Assembly (NCBI GenBank): GCA_964016885.1
Contig: OZ024740.1
Location: 79,732,001-79,796,000, forward strand
DNA length: 64,000 nucleotides
Source of the DNA: Eledone cirrhosa
Taxonomy: Eukaryota
Reading direction: 5' to 3'
Position numbers and translations under genes: made by a program. The stretch's first letter is position 1, and each line of letters opens with the position of its first letter. Positions 54,591 to 64,000 of the stretch are shown in pieces. Below the pieces are notes generated by a model, which was given only the letters and a program-made list of their open reading frames with translations, was not told where the DNA came from and did no database searches.

Positions 54591-55379
54591 CTGCAGCAGT
54601 GATGATGAAGTGGCAGTAGTAATATCAAGAAGAGGGAGAGGGGAGATGAGAAGGAGAAGAAGAAGCAGAAGAAGTAGAAGACAAAAGAAGATAAAAATGA
54701 AAGGAAAAAGAAGAGAAATATGTGGCCTATCAATGGCAGTTAGTGAATTTGTGTTTTCTTTGTTTGCTGCCAATGGTGATGTGCGATAATTCTTTTATTT
54801 CGTTTTTTATTTTTATCATACAACTATATACCTAACAGTTAATTCATATTTATTTTCTATCTTGTGACTTCCGAGTTGGCCAAATGGAAGTGATTGAGAG
54901 AGAAATTATTTCACTAGTAGTTCTGATGATGAAATATCTCTGATTTTTCTATGTAATTCTCTCTGCTATATTCTATGTATAAAATTTCCCTTTGGTTTGC
55001 TGTCTTTTAAATTTTAGGTCATTCTTGAAAGTTTTTTTGTGACACTTGCATTTATGAAACTCTTATCATTCTTCCATATCTCTATTACATGGTTGTGTTA
55101 GTTCTTATCTTCTGCTATAAGTTAAACAAAAAGTTGTTCATAATGTCTTATTGAAGAAATAAACTTTTAAACCTGATTTTTACATGGTTTACCTAAAGTG
55201 GATTCTTTCTTTTTTTAAGAGATCTTTTGGAATACTGATGCTGTTTCATAACCTTTAACCATATTTTTATTGAGATTACTACCTATAATTTTCAAATCAT
55301 TTAAAAAATAATCAAAAGTTTGAAGGGATTCAGTAATATAACTTAATTTTCTAATATTAATCTGGTGTTTGGAGAGCTC

Positions 55380-55895
55380 TGCATCTCCATTGCACTCAGA
55401 TTGGGAACCAATGTTGTTGTAGTAGCCTCCTCCACCCCATAGGTCTCCAAGGTTTGTCGTGTCACCTAAACTTAATTATTAAGCAGGATTTGGCTCAGGT
55501 AAATATCCCATCAATTGGACTGTCCAGAGTTGATGGGAAGAGACCAGATATTCTTATTCTTTGCTCCTGGGTAAGAAGTAGTTGTCACATTTGGGACACC
55601 ACAGTCTGTAACTCTTTCACTTCTTCCCACATTCTGGGTGTTGCAGTAAATGTGAGGGTCACTGCTTCCGTAGCTGAATGGAATCACATTTTAAAATGCC
55701 AGGAGTGATCAGCAAACTATTTTTTCTAGTTTGTAGCGTTTGAAGTGTTTGGAGGAGCTGGGCAGCTGACAATGAAGTTCTTGTTGTCATTAGTGTCTGG
55801 CCTTATTGAGGTATTAGGTATGCCCATGAAGTTGCTTGGTTGTTCCAGTGCCTTAGCCTCACTATCACTCACAGCGTTGCTGTGAGTGTGTTGGT
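55380..55895 (+). mobile_element. Decayed CRE-like non-LTR retrotransposon C-terminus (restriction-like endonuclease)
   Basis: IALRLG...GLSRVDGKRPD...WDTTVC...AE...VAFEVFG...FL...LFQCLS pattern with stops. Confidence 0.7.
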
Positions 55896-57282
55896 TTGCT
55901 TCATAAAATATTAGAAGGAGGCTCCAACATCTCTTGTGTGTGACCGATTGACACAGTGTTGACTTAATATTTTGTTTTGATTCTATATTTCCATGTGAAA
56001 TATTTATGTAATTAAATAATATAGATATATCTGTGTATGTATTGAATTTTGACAGCTATGGCATTCGTGTTTCAAGCTATCTATATTCTCAGCATATTTG
56101 TTTGGGAAAAAATGTGAACTTAACTATTATGTAATTTCATGGAGATCACTTAACAAAAATTCCTACCTGAAACTATGATGGTTGGTCTTTAGATAACTAT
56201 AAACAGCTTTGATTGTTAGAACCAGGTGAGTTTCAGTTGGTTTATTGTGAAAAGGATATGATTGTTATTAGTGAGAGAAGGAGGCAGAGATAATATCCTC
56301 TAACCTTTGCAGGTTAGAGGACATCATATACGTAATGACAGTGATGGTGTTGGGTATTGACAGATGTTTCATCAAGAAACAACACAAGGAGACCAAATCT
56401 GTGTAATTTATTAATCTATTTTGAATATAAACACCCATCAAGTATGACTGATACTAAAATGAAAATGATTATTTTTACTAGTTTCAGTCATTGTACTGTG
56501 GACATACTTGGGTACCACCTTGTTGGTATAGTTAATTAGATCAATAACAGTGCATATTTTATCCACCTCAAGAAGATGAAAGGCAAATTGACCTAGATGG
56601 GATTTGACCATAAATAGATCTAACTGAATAGCTCAAAGTAATTTGTTTGATTCACTATCAAATCTGTCATCTATCAACTACAGGGGTTCCCACCCTTTTT
56701 GCATCATCACTCACTTTCACATGAAAATATTCCCACTGCCCACCTTTACAGTAATTATTCATAAGTTTACCAAAAATAATTGGTAAAAGTTTGTTACTCA
56801 TTCCCATCTAGCCTCTTGTTTTTTTTTTATATACAGGTTCTTTGCAGATCTCTTTTGAATAGATTTTTGGGTAGCATATGTTGAAATACCTTCTTACAAC
56901 TCAAAATCCTATATCATCCACAAAAATTTCCTATCGCCCACCATTTTCTGTTTAGTTGCTTATCGTCCACTCAACAGTTGAAATTGCTCACTGGTGTGTT
57001 ATATCGGCCACATTGGGATTACTGGCTAGTGGTGTTCTAGTGTTGCAGTTAAATTAAACTGCAAACATCATCACAATCGTATATGATTATATAGTTCATG
57101 ACCTTACGATTGTGAACCGAATACCTTAGCCACAAAGCCATGCGCATTCACACGCACATGTATATATATATATCTATATCCAAAATTAAGATAATCAAAA
57201 TTATGGGTGTCATGCCAGAAAGACATGCGCCATATCACCTGCAAAATAAGCTCTAAGATTCTAACGAATAGGTCCGAGCATT

Positions 57283-57574
57283 TTATAATAACTAGAAATT
57301 GATTAACATATAAATAAACATGAATAATCACAGGAGATAATTTTTACAAGTGTGTAAGCACACATAGCTAGGTAGGTAACTAAATAAAGTTAACCAGAAC
57401 TTCAAAAATAGATACCTAATAATATGATTAATCATATTATAAGGTATGTATTTTTGAAGTTCTGGTTAACTTTATTTAGTTACCTACCTAGCTATGTGTG
57501 CTTACACACTTGTAAAAATTATCTCCTGTGATTATTCATGTTTATTTATATGTTAATCAATTTCTAGTTATTAT
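57283..57574. repeat. Near-perfect fold-back (~135-bp arms)
   Basis: 57285-57418 inverted at 57442-57573; TA-flanked. Confidence 0.8.
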
Positions 57575-57597
57575 GTATGTATATATATATATATATA

Positions 57598-60250
57598 GTA
57601 ATAATAATAAATTTGACGACTAAAATCCAAAGACGGCTCGATAAGGATAAATATATATCAAATATATAAAAACCGTAGAGCAAATATTTATTAAAATAAC
57701 AGATTAAAGTTTAAGCAAAGAATCGCTGCTTTCACCTTTAACGGGATCTTCTGAAACTAAAAAAATCAATCTGTGAATGCAAAAGTAAATATTTCGAAAA
57801 ATGTTGCAACCGAAGGAAGACAGGAAGACGATACTTTGGTTCGTGGAAACGTTCCCTGACAAAGAACGGAAAAAAACGAAGATAATACGTCATTATTTCG
57901 AACGGAGAAAATAATTACACGCAAAGACAAAACAATATTTATGGTATAAATGAAATCGTAGACTAAAATTCTATTTAGGAAACCGAATGATTCTCGGCTT
58001 CAGAGTTAAGAATAATGTAAATAAATTACAGAGGTAATTGAAATCAACAAAAATATAAACATGCACGCATCCATATACGAACATACACATGCATACGCGA
58101 AAACACCCGCCATGGGTATGCAAATACAAGCACGTACACAAAAAAACGCAGGCACATACAGAACCCACGCAACGCCTGTACCCGCACACATACGAACGTA
58201 TACACACATAACGTATACACACATAAAAATATATATTAAAAAAATATATATATATGTGTGTGTGTGTGCGTGTATACATATAATTATATAAACGTATATA
58301 AATATACACACGTAAATACGTATATAACGCGTGCACACACATACCTACATGTAAATACACATGTTCACTAAACGTACGTCAACCAAAACACAAAGTACAC
58401 ATATACACACACCCTACATACGTGTGAACCCGCATACTCACACAGACGCAAAACTCACGTATACACATAACCATATGCACATGTACCAGTATATATAATA
58501 TAATATATGTACCTATAACATATACAAGCAAATATACGTACGAGAAATTATACGTACCTTCACAAAACATACAGGTAATATATACTTACCTATACAAATA
58601 AGTAATGGTATAAACATAAAATATACTTAGCTACAACAAGACGTAAAATATCCGCGTATAGTTCGTACTATCCGTTAGGGTATAATGTGGGGCTGTAATA
58701 CAGGAAAGTTTTGTGCAATTTATGTTTACAAGCTGAAATTGCCTCAGATTTTTTGTTTAAGATGTGGTCTTTGGCGTAGAGTATTTACAGGGCCTCAGCG
58801 GCGCAGAGGTCACATGGTCTTTTATTTCCGTTATACGATCTAGCCCTAACTAGGATCTCCCAGTGTAACTTATATTGCGTGTCGTTGTCTTTTAGACTCC
58901 AGATATAAGCTGAAAGTGACGACATATTCCTTCTTAAAGGGTTAAGAAAAGAATGGGTATGCTTGTAAAGACGCTGCTTGAATCTATTGGCGGTTAACCC
59001 TATGTATGCCCTACGGGACGTGGGTGTTACAACCTTACATTTGTAGACAATGTTACTAGAGAGGCATTTCCCGGATAGGGAGCAGTAAGCCCGATTCCTA
59101 CAATTACAATTAGTACGAGTTACAGGGTTGCACGTGTACCTACAGCTAGGTAATTTAGCTAAATTTGAAGCTGTGATGTTATGTGCAAGGTTAGGAGTCT
59201 TGATGTGGTAGCTAAGTATATGTTATGTTTATACCATTACTTATTTGTATAGGTAAGTATATATTACCTGTATGTTTTGTGAACGTACGTATACTTTCTC
59301 GTACGTATATATGTTATAGGCGTATATATTATATTATATATACTGGTACATGTGCATATGGTTATGTGTATACGTGAGTTTTGCGTCGGTGTGAGTATGC
59401 GGGTTCGTACGTATGTAGGGTGTGTGTATATGTGTACTTTGTGTTTTGGTTGACGTACGTTTAGCGAACATATGTGTATTTACATGTAGGTATGTGTGTG
59501 CGCGCGTTATATATGTATTTACGTGTCTATATTTATATAATTATATGTATACACGCATTCACACACACATATATATATTTTTATGTGTATTTGGTGTATA
59601 CGTTCGTATGTGTGTGGGTACAGGCGTTGCGTGGGTTCTATATGTGCGAGCGTGTTTTTGTGTACGCGCTTGTATTTGCATACCCATGGCGGGTGTTTTC
59701 TCGTATGCATGTGTATGTATATGGATGCGTGCACGTTTATATTTTTGTTGATTTCAATTACCTCTGTAATTTATTTACATTATTCTTAACCCTGAAGCCG
59801 AGAATCATTCGGTTTCCTAAACAGAATGTTAGTCTATGACTTCAGTTATACCATAAACGTGGTTTTGTCTTTGCGTGTAATTGTTCTCCCCGCTCCACAC
59901 CATGACGTATTATCTCCGTTTATTCCGTTCATTGCCAGAGAACGTCTCCATGAACCACCTAATAGAATATTAGTCTACGACTTCATTTATACTATAAACA
60001 TGGTTTTGTCTTTGCGTGTAATTATTTTCTCCGTTCCAAATAGTGACGTATTATCTTCGTTTTTTTTTTGTTCTTTGCCAGGGAACGTTTCCACAAACCA
60101 AAGTACCATCTTCCTGTCTTCCTTCGGTTGCAACGTTTTTCGAAATATTTACTTCTGCGTTCACAGATTGATTTTTTTAGTTTTAGAAGATCCCGTTAAG
60201 GGTGAAAGCAGCGATTCTTTGCTTAAACTTTAATCTGTTATTTTAATAAA
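57598..60250 (-). mobile_element. 5'-truncated PLE: GIY-YIG fragment (~58690-59200) between ~1-kb inverted pLTR arms
   Basis: rc CNCRNRAYCSLSGKCLSSNIVYKCKV...AYIGLTANRFKQRLYKH...CDLC (not in ORF track); arms ~57685-58640 / 59200-60250. Confidence 0.9.
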
Positions 60251-60334
60251 TAAATATATGTATATACAAAAAATATATATATATATATATACCAATATAC
60301 ACTCCAACGCACACACCCTATTCCATCCTCCCAC

Positions 60335-60552
60335 TTCTGTACACTGTAAAGTGGTCGTATAGGTGACACAACAAAAAGCACCCAATCCACACTGTAAATG
60401 TGGTTGGTATTAGGAAGGGCATCCAGCCATAGAAAACCCGCCAGAAACAGTTCTGTATGAGCAAGACACTGTCACCCAACCAATCTTGCCTCAAGTGGGA
60501 TAAACCCGTCCAACCCATGCTAGCGTGGAAGATGGACGATGATGATGATGAT
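60335..60552 (+). mobile_element. RTE 3' UTR fragment
   Basis: Same UTR motifs and (GAT)n tail. Confidence 0.8.
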
Positions 60553-60964
60553 ACATACACGTAGATAAACACATTATGTCTCTATATTGGTGTGTTGAGA
60601 TATGTACCCCCTCAACCCCCCAAAATAATAATAATAATAATTAAGATAAAACTTAGTTATTTGATAAATAGAAACCTATTTAAGTACCAAACAAAAATAA
60701 GTCCTGGGTTGGAGATGAGGAAATAAAAGACTCTTGAAGTTGGTTTCCCCCCTACAATATCATCACAATGCGATGACCAAAAGCAATAAAAGAATAAAAT
60801 AACATGCACATACACACACACACCCATTATATATATATATAAAGCACCTTCCTACCCCCCCCCCCCCCATCCCATACACCTCCCTTTGTGGTAACCATCC
60901 CTCCCCTATTAGCTACGTCCGCAAAGGTGATGATGATATATAAACAAAGAACTTTATTTTTATA

Positions 60965-61011
<47 letters not shown>

Positions 61012-61021
61012 ATATATATAT

Positions 61022-61290
61022 ATATAATATAAAACGAAAAATCAGTGATGCATCTGGACTCAATTTATTGTGTGTTACAATTGTTTCACCGGCAGACAGC
61101 TCGAGACACGATCATTGTATGGATCTGTCTGATTCTAGAATCAGACAGATCCATACAATGATCGTGTCTCGAGCTGTCTGCCGGCGAAACAATTGTAATT
61201 TTTCGTTTTATATTATATCACACTCTGCTCTGTAAGAACATAGAGTGCTTAACTGGCATACCACCCATGGAAGCATCTTAGCTACCATTA
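61022..61290. mobile_element. Fold-back element with ~124-bp near-perfect palindrome
   Basis: Palindrome 61075-61198 centred on ttctagaa; 3' half of an HHR (GAAA-caattg-TA) on both arms. Confidence 0.75.
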
Positions 61291-61291
61291 T

Positions 61292-61399
<108 letters not shown>

Positions 61400-61435
61400 G
61401 AAATAGGATTTTGCTTCAAGCATAGCTTTATACAA

Positions 61436-61802
61436 TATGTATAAATATTTCGTATCTCCAAAGAAATACGGTTTTAGTAGCTATGCAAACACCGGGGTGG
61501 GGGGGGGGGGACTAACGCCCTCTGGTGATGTCCAGCAGAAACAAGGGGGATAACAGTCTATGAATTTCAGGCTTACACAGACGAGAAAAGTATATATTCT
61601 CGCCTGTCTTCTAGTCCATCAGTCACAAGCGGTGGGAGGGACCGTCCTGACGAAGGCCAGTTAAGCCTGAAATTCATAGACGGTTGTCCCCCTTGCTTCT
61701 GCTGGACATCACCAGAGGGCGTTAGCCTCCCCCCCCCCGTGTTTGCATAGCTACGGCTTCCTAAAACCGTATTTCCTAGGAGATAAGAAATATTTATACA
61801 TA
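61436..61802. mobile_element. Fold-back element with intact HHR (61641-61684 +)
   Basis: accgtc-CTGACGA-aggc cagttaa gcct-GAAA-ttca-TA-gacggt; arms 61436-61576 / 61662-61802. Confidence 0.85.
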
Positions 61803-62427
61803 TATATATATATATGTGTGTGTGTGTAAACTAAACAAAGCCATTATCTGTAGCTATTCACCTTTCGTTCATTTCTCAAGAAGGAAATCTTCAATAACTT
61901 TTAACTCTCCATTCGTGCTAATTGAAGCCATTTAAAGGCCTTTAAAGTTAATTTTATTCTTATAATAGCTGAACATAATATTTTCTTTGCATGCATTGCT
62001 GATAGGAACCAATAGTTTTGCTGGCTGTTTTATTTGTTCAGTACACTAGTGTATATAACCATTACTATCTGACCAACAAGTACTGCCCTTTCATTCTTCC
62101 TTCTCTTTCCTGTTGTTAATTGACTAACATCTCTTTTACTTGAGTGCGTAATTCTTCAAACTTCCCTCATTGTAATTGTTTATTTTCTGTTTTAAAAAAC
62201 AAAATAAGTTTTACAGAAATGTTATCATTCTTTTTGTTTAGTTTGAATTTTTGCTTGTTTGGTTTTTTCTATGACGATATACAGGATTGCGCAAAAGTAA
62301 CTTGGCCATTATATATACAGATATATGTATATATATACAGTATATAAAGAGAGTTTGCGGTACTGAGTCCGAGGAGACCAAACCAAAACCGCATGGTGTT
62401 GTGGTCAGAATTTTACATATCTTTCTC

Positions 62428-64000
62428 TTCACTGTTCTACGTCCATTCTTCCACACTAGCATGAGTTAGTCGGGTTGTCCTGTTGTGAGCAGTGTCCAGT
62501 CGGCTGACCTTGTCTTGCTCATACGGGAACTGATTGTGGCTTGAATTCTACAGCTGGATGCCCTTCCTAACACCAACCTCATTTACAGTGAGTGCTGGGT
62601 GCTTTTTTTCCATGGTGTCTACATGACCACTTTACAGTGTGGGCTGGGTGCTTTTTTGCCGTGGCACCTCCATGACCACTTGCAATGGGAGGGGGTGGGG
62701 GCATATTCACTATATGCTTCAGCTTCGGTTTGTACCCGTGGGAAGTCGGGTACAAATTGTATTACTGTATCACTGCATGATGCCAGAGGTCACGGTCATG
62801 TGTCATTGCCTTTGAGAGGTGCAATTGGGTAATGTCGGCTTTTATCACCTCATCCCAGATCTTCTTGGGTCTTCCCACTCCACGGCTTCCATTGATTTCT
62901 AGTGCTCTGCACCTTTTTATGCAGCTGTCATCCTTCATATGCATCACATGTCTATACCAACACAACCTCCTCTCCTGCACACAGCATTTGATTCCGCTTA
63001 TGCTCAGTCTTTCTCTCAATTCGTTTATGCTTTGCTGTTCGTGTATATTACTGTTACACATCCATCGGAGCATGGAAGCTTTGTTTCTTTCTAATCTACG
63101 CAAGTCTTCTACACACACCGCCCAGGTCTCACTGCCATGTAACATTGTTGTTCGTATACATGCATCATACAGTCTGCCTTTCATTTTGAGGGAAAAGCCT
63201 TTTACAGCTAGCAGTGGCAGTAGCTCCCTGAACTTCTTCCATCCTGTTCTTACCCTGGTTACTGTACTTTCCGAACACCCACCTCCGCTGCTAATTCGGT
63301 CACCTAGGTAGCAGAAGCTGTCTACTGTTTCTACAGAGCCCTCCCAGAGTTTGGTGGTACTTGTTTCCTGTGGCCGTTTGCTGCTTGCTGTCCCAGCGCA
63401 GCTGCTACATGTAAAGCCTACATTCTTAGCTAAGCTTCCTGAGATCCTGCTACATCTCTTGTGTACCCATTATTTGCATTTGGGGAAGAGGATGGAGCTC
63501 CTACCTACACCTTTCCTACATACTGAGCAAGGCCATTTCCCTGAAGGGATCTGGGTTCTCCTTTCTCTTCTACTTACGAGGACCTTAGTCTTTGTCAGGC
63601 TGACTTTGAGACTCTTTCTTTTTAGTCCCTGCTTCCGTGTTTGGAATTTCTTCTCTAGTTCCACCATAGATTCAGCTATAAGTGTGAGATCATCCGCATA
63701 TAGGAGTTCCTATGAGTATCCGGTCTTAAACTCCTCTGTTATTGCCTGCAATACTATAATGAACAGGAGAGGGCTAAGAACAAAGCCCTGGTGGACACCG
63801 ACCTGTATGCTAAATTCCTCGCTATAGTCATTGCTAACCCTAACTTTGCTGACTGCACCTCTATACATGGCTTGTACAACTTTCACATTTACTCCTCGTT
63901 TTCTAATATCCCACCAGATTATAGCACGGGGCACTCTGTCGAAGGTTTTTTCCAGATCGACAAATGCCAGGTAGAGCAGCTTACCTTTAGCTAGGTACTT
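62428..64000 (-). mobile_element. RTE LINE fragment (RT C-terminal half plus 3' UTR), runs off the window
   Basis: GVHQGFVLSPLLF, KWPCSVCRKGVG, FCYLG, GRPKKIW. Confidence 0.9.

Noticed and set aside
56681-56890. hAT-like MITE starting caggggttccca (and cagtagcgtgca at rc ~9373)
   Set aside because: No convincing partner TIR or TSD found by eye

Overview
AT-rich, repeat-saturated eukaryotic DNA with no identifiable host exon; the SINE, RTE and microsatellite mix suggests an octopod cephalopod (inference). Most of the ORF track is (TA)n/(CA)n/(GTG)n noise. Real coding remnants are RTE-clade LINE fragments (several with a PHD-like finger inside the RT C-terminal region), three Penelope-like element (PLE) fragments with GIY-YIG endonuclease motifs, and one CRE-like restriction-type endonuclease remnant. 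Many tRNA-derived SINEs and two copies of a non-autonomous Helitron are also present. The main unexplained structure is that most (TA)n tracts host a short non-coding fold-back or tandem element. At least ten unrelated families of these carry hand-foldable type I hammerhead ribozyme (HHR) motifs (CUGANGA...GAAA...UH), about 25 in total. They include a retrozyme-like ~460-bp tandem array, a copy that begins at a predicted self-cleavage site, non-canonical and expanded cores, and a shared 3' hairpin motif. All folds and coordinates were read by eye; element boundaries are approximate and ribozyme activity is untested.
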